DNA of 57,993 bases from Candidatus Liptonbacteria bacterium (GCA_016182095.1 JACOXY010000001.1:1-57993), one strand, 5' to 3'. Shown: positions 1 through 8,971, counted from the stretch's first letter. Numbers and translations are program-made. The notes: generated by a model from the letters alone, not told the origin.

Positions 1-177
1 ACGGCCTGGGCGGTGCACAAGAAAACGATTCACTGTCGGCCGAAAAATCAACCAAATTAATGCGTTAATCCCTCGCACGAATTAGGGGTATAACAAATTA
101 ACGCGTGGTGACCTGCCAAATGTAGCTACCTAAAACAAATTTATTGCATTATGCCGTCCGATGTTGTACGATACTCA

Positions 178-249
178 CGCGGGGAAGTGTAACGGTTGCA
201 CGCGAGGCTCATAATCTCGAGGTAGTGGGTCCAATTCCCACCCCCGCAA
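178..249 (+). tRNA. tRNA-Met(CAT), probably initiator (C1:A72 mismatch); CCA not encoded
   Basis: Manual cloverleaf: acceptor CGCGGGG/CCCCGCA, D stem GTGT/GCAC, anticodon stem CGAGG/TCTCG with loop CTCATAA, T stem GTGGG/CCCAC. Confidence 0.9.
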
Positions 250-277
250 CTAAGAAAAGTAAATACTCGACAATTTA

Positions 278-430
278 CCTCGTGGCAAGCCTTCGGGCGA
301 GCCGCGAGTCAAAAATGGCCCCCTGGGCTATTTTTGTGAGCCACGCGATGAATTACGTAATAATTCATTTTGCGTGGCCGCGCAAAATTGTGAGCTCCGC
401 AAAATAAAGTCTTTGATTTTATTTTGCGAG
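278..430. repeat. Cluster of hairpins downstream of tRNA-Met
   Basis: Inverted repeats AAAAATGGCCC/GGGCTATTTTT, GCCACGC..ATGAATTA/TAATTCAT..GCGTGGC and CGCAAAATAAA/TTTATTTTGCG; begins with CCTCGTGGCAAG, similar to 35920. Confidence 0.55.
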
Positions 431-500
431 ACAAGTAGAATAATTATTATGTATTTCGTCTATATTCTAAAAACCAAAACAAAGTATCACTTTTTGTATT

Positions 501-755
501 ATGTGGTTCACTTATCTAATTCTTTGCAAAGATAATAGTATTTATACGGGCATCACTAATGATCTGGCAAGGCGTTTTAATGAGCACAAGGAAGGCAAGG
601 GCGGCCACTATACAAGTTCCCATAAGCCAATTAAATTTTTGCATTCCGAACAATTTGAAACTAGAAGCGCGGCATTAAAAAGAGAGGCACAGATAAAAGA
701 ATGGAAAAGAGAGAAGAAATTGAATCTTATTAAATTTGGAAAGCCTAATATTTAG
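501..755 (+). CDS. GIY-YIG nuclease family protein (UPF0213/YhbQ-like)
   Basis: WFTYLILCKDNSIYTGITNDLARRFNEH, and ALKREAQIK. Confidence 0.9.
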   Translation: MWFTYLILCKDNSIYTGITNDLARRFNEHKEGKGGHYTSSHKPIKFLHSEQFETRSAALKREAQIKEWKREKKLNLIKFGKPNI

Positions 756-874
756 AATGAGCGACGTTTAATCATTAATTATTTTAAAAAATGGGGTTGA
801 AAAAAACGCGGAATTGGTGGAGCGAAAATATTAAATACCCTGGAAGTCTTTTTTAAGGAACTAGAACCGCAAAT

Positions 875-903
875 TTGACATTATTGCGGAAACAGTGTAA
901 TAT
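875..903 (+). promoter_or_regulatory. Sigma70-type promoter for the small ORF at 924
   Basis: TTGACA-17 nt-TAATAT; AAGGAG at 918-923. Confidence 0.5.
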
Positions 904-923
904 TTAGCTAGTCCAGCAAGGAG

Positions 924-1118
924 ATGCCTCACATGCTAACAGTCGGAGATCGCGTAAAGTTCAGTAATGGCTATTTGGATTGCTGGAACACCAAAGATAG
1001 TGCAAAGTACGCGTCATGGCGCGGAGTCGTGACAAAAGACAATTGTATGCACGGCAAGGTGCTATGGGATGACGGGGTAGAAAGAGGAGTATTTTTCCCG
1101 GACCTGGAAGCGGAATAA
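924..1118 (+). CDS. Small hypothetical protein (start may be ATG 933)
   Basis: Has promoter, SD and downstream terminator; SH3/KOW-like look (VGDRVKF...GVV...VLWDDG) is only a guess. Confidence 0.65.
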   Translation: MPHMLTVGDRVKFSNGYLDCWNTKDSAKYASWRGVVTKDNCMHGKVLWDDGVERGVFFPDLEAE

Positions 1119-1135
1119 TCCATAATTCTCGCACC

Positions 1136-1172
1136 GAACCCCAGCGAGTTATAAATAAGGGGTTCTTTTTTT
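1136..1172 (+). terminator. Intrinsic terminator
   Basis: GAACCCC...GGGGTTC followed by T7. Confidence 0.6.
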
Positions 1173-1427
1173 ATTTTTGTACAAAAATAAAGAGGCATAA
1201 TCGCCTCTTTTTAGTAACATCCTAGTCATGGTATAGAAAAGTTGGATCGCAAGCGCTGTAACCACAATGCTCACAATGCTCATAAGCAACCCCAAAATAT
1301 CAACACCTTCATTTAATAAACTGTGTAGCGGCCCAACGGTAACATTTACATACACTAACCGAAAAATAATCACCGCAAGTAAAACATAAACCATAAAAAA
1401 TGGGACGGCCTTTCTCTTTCTTGCCAT
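1149..1427 (-). CDS. Hypothetical two-TM membrane protein
   Basis: Two hydrophobic segments; 8 nt downstream of rseP on the same strand. Confidence 0.5.
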   Translation of the reverse strand: MARKRKAVPFFMVYVLLAVIIFRLVYVNVTVGPLHSLLNEGVDILGLLMSIVSIVVTALAIQLFYTMTRMLLKRGDYASLFLYKNKKRTPYL

Positions 1428-1435
1428 GCTTTAAC

Positions 1436-2347
1436 TTACCACGTAATCCAACGACTAATGTCGTTCAAAATTGTAAAAGACATCAGTGCCAATAATAGAA
1501 ATAAACCTGTTTTTTGCAGTATTTCTCTTGGGCGCTTTCTCATTGGTCGTCCCATGAGAGCTTCAAATGGCAGAAAAATCCACAAATATCCTCCATCTAA
1601 AGCAGGGATTGGGAGTGAATTCAGCACAGCTAAATTGATAGAAAGAAAGGCGGTAAATTCAAGAAATGATTCCAGGCCATTAATTTGCCAAGCATCGTGA
1701 GCAAGCTTCCCGATCATTATTGGGCCGCCAAGCTCTTTCACGCTTATTGCCCCTGAAAACATTTTGGGAATTGCGAGCAAGATAAGAGCGGCGTAATTGT
1801 AGGTTTCAACAAAAGCTTTTTTAATAAGATTTTCGTGGCTGCGCATCTTTACAGGATGGGGTACTGCAATATCAGCCACTTTATCTCCAGAGAGGGTGTC
1901 CGCCTGCGTAACTGGAGTGTCAGGCATTACTTCATCCACAACATTTGTCAAAACCACCTTGCCATAAAAAACCGAGCTCGCGAAAAGCGCGCAAAATCCT
2001 AAAAGCAGGTTAAATCCCGAGCCAGCCAAAACAATCAAGAATTTTTGCCAAAAGCGTTTCCCCCCAAATGTTCTTTTGGATGGAATTTTCTCGCCATCCA
2101 CTCCATCTTCTTGTTCCGAAGAATCTTCGCCAGCCATCTTTACATAGCCGCCAAGAGGCACCAAAGAAAGCAGATATTCGGTCTCGCCGATTTTTTTGGA
2201 TATGATTCGCGGGCCAAAACCGATGGAAAATTTGAGAACCTCTACGCCCATGAGTTTCGCGAACACAAAGTGGCCGAACTCGTGAAATCCAATCAAAACA
2301 CCTAATACAACAATAATAGGAATGGCGTAGGAGAGAACCGTCTCCAA
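1436..2347 (-). CDS. rseP: RseP/M50 zinc metalloprotease (site-2 protease) with reduced PDZ region
   Basis: HEFGH zinc motif, FSIGFGP, LGGYVKM, NSLPIPALDGG. Confidence 0.9.
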   Translation of the reverse strand: METVLSYAIPIIVVLGVLIGFHEFGHFVFAKLMGVEVLKFSIGFGPRIISKKIGETEYLLSLVPLGGYVKMAGEDSSEQEDGVDGEKIPSKRTFGGKRFWQKFLIVLAGSGFNLLLGFCALFASSVFYGKVVLTNVVDEVMPDTPVTQADTLSGDKVADIAVPHPVKMRSHENLIKKAFVETYNYAALILLAIPKMFSGAISVKELGGPIMIGKLAHDAWQINGLESFLEFTAFLSINLAVLNSLPIPALDGGYLWIFLPFEALMGRPMRKRPREILQKTGLFLLLALMSFTILNDISRWITW

Positions 2348-2436
2348 GTTTACGCTCCGTTAAATGCCAAAAAACTGCTGTTATCATAGCAGACTTTTTT
2401 AAAATTGAAAAGCGGCGGATTTTGAGATATTATCTA

Positions 2437-2616
2437 TAGACCTTTTACACAATTCCTTTTCTACTGCAATTTCCATATTTTGCCTGCCTGCGCAGGCAGG
2501 GCTCCGGCTTTGTAAAAATTTCTTGAAATGTACCCTGTATATTCCTGCAAAATTTTTACTTCACCTCGCCTAAAATCTGGAAGTTTCGTTACGAAAAGAA
2601 TTGCGCAAAAGGTCTA
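2437..2616. mobile_element. MITE-like non-autonomous element, copy 1 (180 bp)
   Basis: Terminal inverted repeats TAGACCTTTT...AAAAGGTCTA; the interior matches the reverse complement of 8071-8233. Confidence 0.75.
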
Positions 2617-2686
2617 ATTTATATTTTAAGATTGGCGCGGGGCAGGCAGTGGTAGAGCGTTCCGTTCATCCCCCACTCTTTTTTAA

Positions 2687-2758
2687 GGGCACTTAGCTCA
2701 GTGATAGAGCGTTCCGTTCACATCGGAAAGGTCACAGGTTTGATCCCTGTAGTGCCCA
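2687..2758 (+). tRNA. tRNA-Val(CAC)
   Basis: Cloverleaf GGGCACT/AGTGCCC, GCTC/GAGC, TTCCG-TTCACAT-CGGAA, ACAGG-TTTGATC-CCTGT. Confidence 0.92.
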
Positions 2759-2968
2759 CACTATAGCAAAAAGAGTGGGGGAGAAAGGTCACAGGTTTGA
2801 TCCCTGTAGTGCCCACACTATAGCAAAAAGAGTGGGGGAGAAAGGTCACAGGTTTGATCCCCGCAAGGTGCACCATAGAAATGAGTGAGGGACGGGGGTT
2901 ACAGATTCAAATCCTGTACCACCCACCAAGACAAAACAAATGACTGAGGGAGAAGGGTCGTAGGTTCG
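2726..2968 (+). repeat. 57-bp tandem duplication of the tRNA 3' half (starts at 2726, 2783, 2840 partial) plus further tRNA 3' fragments
   Basis: Direct comparison; fragments end in CACCA (2875) and ACCA (2928); linker GAGTG(G/A)GGGA-like at 2773, 2830, 2883, 2942. Confidence 0.85.
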
Positions 2969-2981
2969 CATAAAATACGTC

Positions 2982-3010
2982 AAAAACGCCCCTTTGAGTG
3001 GGGTGTTTTT
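2982..3010 (-). terminator. Intrinsic terminator of rplJL (possibly bidirectional)
   Basis: AAAAACGCCCC-loop-GGGGTGTTTTT. Confidence 0.65.
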
Positions 3011-3034
3011 GTACAGGAAGTTGGTGAGCCATAA

Positions 3035-3400
3035 TTACTGCAACTCCACCGTAGCTCCTGCCGCTTCAAGTTTCTTCTTCAGTTCTTCCGCGTCCGTTTT
3101 CTTCATATCAGCTTTCACTGGCTTTGGAGCGCCATCAACCAAGTCTTTGGCCTCTTTAAGTCCAAGCCCGGTTGCTTCACGCACTGCTTTAATTACATTT
3201 ATCTTTTGGGCGCCGCCGGCTTTCAAGACAACTGTAAAACTGTCTTTTTCTTCCACCGGGGCTCCAGCGGCGGCACCAGCGGCCATAGGAGCGGCGGCTT
3301 GAATTCCCCACTTTTCCTCAAGAGTTTTTACAAGCTCCGAGACCTCCACTACTGACAATTTTTCTAATTGCTCAACAATGGAATTATATTTTTCGTTCAT
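3035..3400 (-). CDS. rplL: 50S ribosomal protein L7/L12
   Basis: [35 protein letters not shown]. Confidence 0.97.
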   Translation of the reverse strand: MNEKYNSIVEQLEKLSVVEVSELVKTLEEKWGIQAAAPMAAGAAAGAPVEEKDSFTVVLKAGGAQKINVIKAVREATGLGLKEAKDLVDGAPKPVKADMKKTDAEELKKKLEAAGATVELQ

Positions 3401-3406
3401 ATAGTT

Positions 3407-3922
3407 TTAATTATTGATTGTTTGTTTCGACTTTTGATCTAAGACATACAAGAAAGCTCTCGCGGGACCAATTATAGTTCCCAAAAGCTGGCCAAGCAGA
3501 ATTTCTTTCGATGGGAGCTCACCGATAGTTTTAACCTCTTTAGCGTCCATGAATTTTTTGGCCAAGATATCAAATCCTCCCAAAATCTGAAATCGCTCTT
3601 TTTTGTTCTCTCCCACTGTAGTCTTCGCAAACTTATAAACGATCCCAGCTACTTCCGAGATATCCTTATCCGTAAAAACCGTGCCGACTTGAGACTCAAA
3701 TTGCTCCGGATTAAATTCAATCCCCGATTTTTCAAAGATGATCCTTAAGAGTCTTTTCTTTAAAACCTGGAATTTTGCTCCGATAGCTTTTAAGTCAACC
3801 CGAAGGTTTCTCAACTCTTCAAATTTGGTTCCAGAAAAGTCGGCAAATACCAAGGTTTTAGCGCGCTTTATGTCCTCGACGCCTGCCTCAACTTTTTTAA
3901 CTTTTTGCGCTTTGGTAAGCAT
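3407..3922 (-). CDS. rplJ: 50S ribosomal protein L10 (start taken at MLTKAQK)
   Basis: LVFADFSG, VLKKRLLRI, LPSKEILLGQL; directly upstream of rplL. Confidence 0.93.
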   Translation of the reverse strand: MLTKAQKVKKVEAGVEDIKRAKTLVFADFSGTKFEELRNLRVDLKAIGAKFQVLKKRLLRIIFEKSGIEFNPEQFESQVGTVFTDKDISEVAGIVYKFAKTTVGENKKERFQILGGFDILAKKFMDAKEVKTIGELPSKEILLGQLLGTIIGPARAFLYVLDQKSKQTINN

Positions 3923-4029
3923 GAATTTTGGGAATCGGTAAATAGTAATTAGTAACAAGGGCAAGAGCTTTTTTCCCGCGCAATTTTTCTTAATTCCTGA
4001 TTACTATTTACTCATTACTAATTCCTTAA

Positions 4030-4172
4030 CAAAATAACGACCTTTTGGGTCGCATAGATTAGGACGGGCTCACCATAAAAATAAGTGAGTGTGTCGTTCT
4101 CGACGGGCTTGCCCGTTCGCCTAATGCGATTTAGGGATTATACCTTTCGGTGCCCGTTGTCTGCGAACCTTA
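4030..4172 (-). promoter_or_regulatory. Probable L10 leader (autoregulatory RNA)
   Basis: Upstream of rplJ; minus strand reads CGCAGACAACGGGCAC-CGAAAG-GT...CCCGTCGAG, resembling the L10 leader as recalled. Confidence 0.55.
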
Positions 4173-4227
4173 AGTATATATTAGCAGGAGAATATATAAT
4201 GTCAACACCCACTAAAAAGAGCCGGTG

Positions 4228-4956
4228 CTATCGGCTCTGATTAAAAATATAAAATAACTCCTCAATCGGTGGATTATAAATTAAGGCCGCGTGTCCTCCT
4301 CTATAAACTGTAAAAACCGGATAACCGTCAAAAGCGCTGTTATTGTATGGCACAAGCTCATCCCATGAACCGCGAATATGAGTCATCTTTCGCGGGTGCA
4401 ACATTACATCCTGCCTGATGGACTTAATCAAAGATGAGCGCGGCTGCATCTCTCTCACCGCAGTGCTCCATGGCTCAAAATATGCAAGCCAAGTTCCTCT
4501 TATGGGGCTGCCCATTGTTATAACTGGAAATCCCACATACTCCGGGTGCCGTCTCTGGGCATTTAAGACAATGAGGCCTCCCATGCTGTGGCCAAGAAGC
4601 ACAAATTTATTACCCAAATCGGCAAGACGCATGCCGCAACAAACTCTTAACTCCTCGTCCTTTTCGTCTAAAAACCTCGCCAGTTTATCCGAAAAATCAT
4701 TGATATCGCCTACTGCCCATCCAATATCTGGTATAAGTACGTTATAACCTTTTTCTTTTAATTTCTTTTCCATCGTAATGAATGTGTTAGGTGTGCCGGT
4801 ATAGCCATAAACCAATACAACATTTGTTTTTTGAGGATTGATGGGGATGTTTTTCCCGTCGGGCACAATAGATTTGAAGACGTTAGACACAACCAGCACA
4901 TGAAAATAAATCATGTAAAAAAGTTCCTGAACCAATCCAAGCTGAAGCAAGCCCAC
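4228..4956 (-). CDS. Alpha/beta hydrolase (lipase/esterase-like); start uncertain
   Basis: Nucleophile elbow GHSMGG, N-terminal VLVYG, C-terminal GGH. Confidence 0.85.
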   Translation of the reverse strand: MGLLQLGLVQELFYMIYFHVLVVSNVFKSIVPDGKNIPINPQKTNVVLVYGYTGTPNTFITMEKKLKEKGYNVLIPDIGWAVGDINDFSDKLARFLDEKDEELRVCCGMRLADLGNKFVLLGHSMGGLIVLNAQRRHPEYVGFPVITMGSPIRGTWLAYFEPWSTAVREMQPRSSLIKSIRQDVMLHPRKMTHIRGSWDELVPYNNSAFDGYPVFTVYRGGHAALIYNPPIEELFYIFNQSR

Positions 4957-5189
4957 GAACCATCCTCACTATATGTATAATATGGACTGACTAAAAGCTA
5001 CCACAAATAATTTCCGTAGGCAAAGATCTATCAAAAAGGTTGGCTAGGAGATTGGGGCAAGCTTTAATTTGCGCACCTTTGCTGACGTTACTCCAACTAT
5101 AGCATGAGTAACGTTAGTAGAATGTAATTTATAAGTGCGGGTACTGAAAATTTGCACCGACAAAAAGCGACCACTTGAGGGTCGCAGAT

Positions 5190-5582
5190 TTATTTAGCTT
5201 TACCGACTACCCAGCAAGGATACAAAAACGCATATCCCCAAAATATGAAAGTGCATGGAAAAATGGCAAAAGCCGATAGAATCGCAGTATGAATAAAAAT
5301 TGGTGAGACAATATAGTATTGCATTCCGGCACGAGCTAGAAGAGGCGGCAAGGTCATTAGCACGACATGCTGCAATGAGAATAGCACAGAGAATTTAAGT
5401 TCCGAAGCTATAAGCGCAAGTCTTTCCTTAAGATCTTCTTCCTTAGCGTATTTTTGCTTTATCGCAATAAGTTCCGACGAGCATTGTCGGGCAAGAACAA
5501 AATCAAGCCAAATGCAAAAACCTGTAAAGATCACATAAGCTACGCTCATTACAAACCATGCATTAACCATTATGGCTCCCAC
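5190..5582 (-). CDS. Hypothetical membrane protein
   Basis: About three hydrophobic segments; overlaps the end of the deaminase gene. Confidence 0.6.
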   Translation of the reverse strand: MGAIMVNAWFVMSVAYVIFTGFCIWLDFVLARQCSSELIAIKQKYAKEEDLKERLALIASELKFSVLFSLQHVVLMTLPPLLARAGMQYYIVSPIFIHTAILSAFAIFPCTFIFWGYAFLYPCWVVGKAK

Positions 5583-6073
5583 AATTCGCCATTATGGCGA
5601 ATTGTAACTCCACTAATTTTATCGTCATAGTGCGTAACCTCAACTCTCGCTTCGCAAAGCATGTTCAGAGCGCGATTTATCTGTTCCTTCCACCGATCTG
5701 GAGATCTGTCGTGAGCCTGCTTATGAGCTATAAGACGTATAATACCGGACTGGATTATGGCACGAGCACAGTCGGCGCATGGCGCCCAAGGGCAAATCAT
5801 AATAAGATCGCGCGTGCTAATGCCGTATTTGGCGGCGCTAAATATGACGTTCCTTTCAGCGTGTTCAATGTATTCATATTTCAGCGGCCTTTCCCAGCGC
5901 TCCGGCACATCGGCATTAACATGCGTGGGAAAACGATTGTGGTCGGCAATAAGCACTCCATAATCAGGGCGATACAGTAAAGCCCCATTTTGAGTTGAAG
6001 GATCTCGACTTTTCGCGGCCTCAACATAAGCAAAATAAAGCAGGTCTCGCGTGTTAGCTTCCATAGCGCCCAA
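5570..6073 (-). CDS. dCMP deaminase family (cytidine/deoxycytidylate deaminase)
   Basis: SRDPSTQNGA, HAERN, PCADCARAIIQSGI zinc motifs. Confidence 0.9.
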   Translation of the reverse strand: MGAMEANTRDLLYFAYVEAAKSRDPSTQNGALLYRPDYGVLIADHNRFPTHVNADVPERWERPLKYEYIEHAERNVIFSAAKYGISTRDLIMICPWAPCADCARAIIQSGIIRLIAHKQAHDRSPDRWKEQINRALNMLCEARVEVTHYDDKISGVTIRHNGELWEP

Positions 6074-6148
6074 CTAAAACTCCAGAACTTCAAGAAACTA
6101 ACAGTAGTTTAACAAGGTTGGTACAAAAGGCAAGAAGAGAAACAGACG

Positions 6149-7504
6149 CTATTTCCCCTTAGAACGCAAAGTTGGGAAGATTATTACTTCTTTAACATTG
6201 TGGCTTTCGGTTATAATCGCGGCCAAGCGGTCAATGCCGAGGCCTAAGCCAGCGGCAGGCGGCATGCCATATTCCAGCGCCTCCAAAAACTCCTCGTCCA
6301 GGCGGGATGATTCTTCATCGCCGGCGCGAAAATCCGCCTCTTGGCGCTCCATACGCTCGCGCTGGTCAACGGGGTCATTTAATTCAGAAAAGCCGTTTAC
6401 GAGCTCCGTCCCGCCTATGATCAACTGAAACCGCTCCGTAACTCCTCGGTCTTTTTCGCTTGATTTGGCAAGGGGCGAAATATCTTTTGGGTAATGAGTC
6501 ACAAAAGTCGGCTCCGCGATTTTCGGCCTCACCTCATGCTTAAACACGTCATCTATTTTATCGTGGGGAACGACGCCAATATTTTTTTTCGCGTATTTTT
6601 TAAACGTTTCAGCGTAGGTGACCTCTTCCCATTTTTTAGAGCCAAATTGTTTTTTTAGCATTGGCTTTAACATTTTTTCGGTAAATTTCATGAGTCCTCT
6701 CCAGTCTTCGTAAGCCACATAGAGTTCAAGCATAGTGAACTCCGGATTGTGATCGCGATCTATGCCTTCGTTTCTAAAAACCCTGCCCAATTCAAATATC
6801 TTTTCAAATCCGCCAACCAGAAGGCGCTTTAAGAAAAGTTCCGGGGCGATGCGCAAATAAAAATCTTGGTCCAGGGCGTTATGATGCGTAATAAAAGGCC
6901 GCGCTCTCGCTCCGCCGGGGATTTCCTGTAAAATAGGTGTCTCAACCTCCACAAACCCCTCCTTGTTTAAAAATTTTTTGATATCAGCCACAATTTTTGA
7001 CCTATCTTCAATTTTCTTCCTAACCTCGCCATTTAAAACCAGATCAAGATATCTTTTGCGGTACCTCTCCTCCACATCCTTAAGGCCGTACCACTCCGTG
7101 GGAAATGGCCTTAGGGATTTCGTCAATAATTGAAATTTTTTAGCGGCTAAACTTTTCTCCCCCTTTTTTGTAGTGAGAAGCGCTCCTGAAACATGAATAA
7201 AGTCACCTATATCAATTGTGCGCTTTATAAGGCCGAAGTCTTTGAGCTCGTCTCTTTTAAGGAGTATTTGTATTTTCCCGGAACCATCGGCAAGATCAAT
7301 AAAAATAATATTACCTTGGTCGCGCAACCCTAAAATACGGCCGGAGAAGCCAATGCTCTTCCCCGATCTTTGAAATTTAGAAAAATCCCGTAAGCCCCCT
7401 TGAATGCTTATTCTCAAAAAAGAACCCGAGGGGTAGGGATTCTCCCCCGTATTTTTAAGATCATCCAACTTCCCGCGCCTTTCCTTGATAATGTCGTCGA
7501 GCAA
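6149..7504 (-). CDS. lysS: Lysine--tRNA ligase (class II, short form)
   Basis: YRKRYLDL, LRIAPEL, FRNEGID..HNPEFTMLE, GMPPAAGLGLGIDRL. Confidence 0.97.
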   Translation of the reverse strand: MLDDIIKERRGKLDDLKNTGENPYPSGSFLRISIQGGLRDFSKFQRSGKSIGFSGRILGLRDQGNIIFIDLADGSGKIQILLKRDELKDFGLIKRTIDIGDFIHVSGALLTTKKGEKSLAAKKFQLLTKSLRPFPTEWYGLKDVEERYRKRYLDLVLNGEVRKKIEDRSKIVADIKKFLNKEGFVEVETPILQEIPGGARARPFITHHNALDQDFYLRIAPELFLKRLLVGGFEKIFELGRVFRNEGIDRDHNPEFTMLELYVAYEDWRGLMKFTEKMLKPMLKKQFGSKKWEEVTYAETFKKYAKKNIGVVPHDKIDDVFKHEVRPKIAEPTFVTHYPKDISPLAKSSEKDRGVTERFQLIIGGTELVNGFSELNDPVDQRERMERQEADFRAGDEESSRLDEEFLEALEYGMPPAAGLGLGIDRLAAIITESHNVKEVIIFPTLRSKGK

Positions 7505-7596
7505 GTTTAGGGTATGGGGTATAGGGTTTAGGGTATGGGTGTGATAGCTTTTCCTGTGTTTTTGCTATGCCCTATACACTATTGGCTATACCTTAT

Positions 7597-8055
7597 TTAT
7601 TCTATAGATACCACCTTATATTCCACCGCGCCGTTTGGCGTCTGAACTGAAGCCGAGTCTCCTGTTTTCTTGCCCAAAAAAGCCCTGCCAAGCGGCGACT
7701 CGTTGGAAATTTTGCCCTCTTCAGGTTTTGTTTCGTTTGAACCGACTATTTGATAGGTAAATTCTTTGCCATTCTTTGAAACAACGAAGGTGGAGCCAAT
7801 TACAATCTCGGCGGCGCCGCTCGCCTTTTTAATAATAGCAACGTTTTTAAGCATTTCCTCAAGTTCAAAAATCCTCCGCTCCAGCCTGTCTTGCTCTTCT
7901 TTAGCTTCCGCGTATTCGGAATTTTCCGATAAATCTCCGAATTCTTTGGCTCCCTTCAGCCGCTCCGAAACTGCCTTGCGGCCAGAGGTTTTGAGTTCTT
8001 TGAGCTCGTTTTGCAACTCTAAAAAGCGGTCATGTGTTAGATAGTGTTTTGCCAT
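7597..8055 (-). CDS. greA: Transcription elongation factor GreA
   Basis: GDLSENSEY, ISNESPLGRAFLGK. Confidence 0.97.
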   Translation of the reverse strand: MAKHYLTHDRFLELQNELKELKTSGRKAVSERLKGAKEFGDLSENSEYAEAKEEQDRLERRIFELEEMLKNVAIIKKASGAAEIVIGSTFVVSKNGKEFTYQIVGSNETKPEEGKISNESPLGRAFLGKKTGDSASVQTPNGAVEYKVVSIE

Positions 8056-8070
8056 GTTAAATTTTTAATT

Positions 8071-8233
8071 TAGACCTTTTGCATAATAATTTTCGTAGCG
8101 AAAATTTGATGTTTTAAGCGAGACGAAGTAAAAATTTTGAAGGAATATACACCGGTATATTTCAAGAAATTTTTACAAAGTCGTAGCTAAAACAGCAAAT
8201 TTGCAGCAGAAATGTTATTATGTAAAAGGTCTA
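8071..8233. mobile_element. MITE-like element, copy 2 (163 bp, inverted relative to copy 1)
   Basis: TAGACCTTTTGCA...TGTAAAAGGTCTA; shared blocks such as CTTTGTAAAAATTTCTTGAAAT and CAAAATTTTTACTTC. Confidence 0.75.
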
Positions 8234-8256
8234 TCATATAAACTCAATGCAATAAA

Positions 8257-8961
8257 TTATTGCTTCCGCTCAAATTTTTGTTTTGCGGAAACTTTAAGCT
8301 TTAGTTTCCTGCCGAATGCCATCACATAAATTATAAATGCTTCTTTTAAAAATCGCAAGGTCGGCATTTTTATCTGGATTGAGGCAAGGCTCGGATCGGA
8401 ATATTCCACAGCCAGGATTTTATAATTATTTTTACGGGCACATTCATGCGCTTCCAATTTAATGGCTTCCGTTTTGGATTGCAAACCAAAAAATATTGCC
8501 ATCGCGGCTTCTTCTTTGAATGCAATGAAATCTCGATCGGTAAAAATCAATGAACCGAAAAGTTTTTTAAATCTATTGGCGTAACTTTGTCCGACTAATG
8601 CGTTAGAGCCAATTATAATGTCACAACTCTTGAAGCTCGGTATAAACTGATCAAATATTTTAAGGTAATAATAATTTTCTCCGCCGCAAAGCAGGCGAAT
8701 ATTGCCGGATGAATTTTGAACTCCTATTTTCAGTTTTTCGCCATACATGGGACTTTCAGAATCCGCATACCTGACGTTTTTGATAAATGTCGTGAGTTTT
8801 AGAAAGTTGATATTCGCGTGAGCCGCGGCACTCACAATAACAAAAATTTCATAATCAAAACTTGCGCCCTGTAAGGCTTCGTCAATTTTTATTAGGGCGA
8901 GTGTAAGCTTTTCCTCGCCGTCAGATTCGGGGATGATAATTGAAAGGTAGGGCTTGGACAT
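8257..8961 (-). CDS. Glycosyltransferase family 2-like protein (degenerate motifs)
   Basis: YLSIIIP, YEIFVI, SSGNIRLL, CDIIIGS resemble dolichyl-phosphate-type GT2. Confidence 0.65.
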   Translation of the reverse strand: MSKPYLSIIIPESDGEEKLTLALIKIDEALQGASFDYEIFVIVSAAAHANINFLKLTTFIKNVRYADSESPMYGEKLKIGVQNSSGNIRLLCGGENYYYLKIFDQFIPSFKSCDIIIGSNALVGQSYANRFKKLFGSLIFTDRDFIAFKEEAAMAIFFGLQSKTEAIKLEAHECARKNNYKILAVEYSDPSLASIQIKMPTLRFLKEAFIIYVMAFGRKLKLKVSAKQKFERKQ

Positions 8962-8971
8962 TTTGAATTGA

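Noticed and set aside
1-60. Possible 3' end of a plus-strand CDS (…WAVHKKTIHCRPKNQPN*)
   Set aside because: Too short to assign frame or function.
144-407. 87-aa ORF
   Set aside because: Overlaps tRNA-Met and hairpin repeats; no protein features.
2726-2861. 57-bp repeats as a CRISPR array
   Set aside because: Units are contiguous tRNA-derived duplicates without unique spacers; no cas genes.
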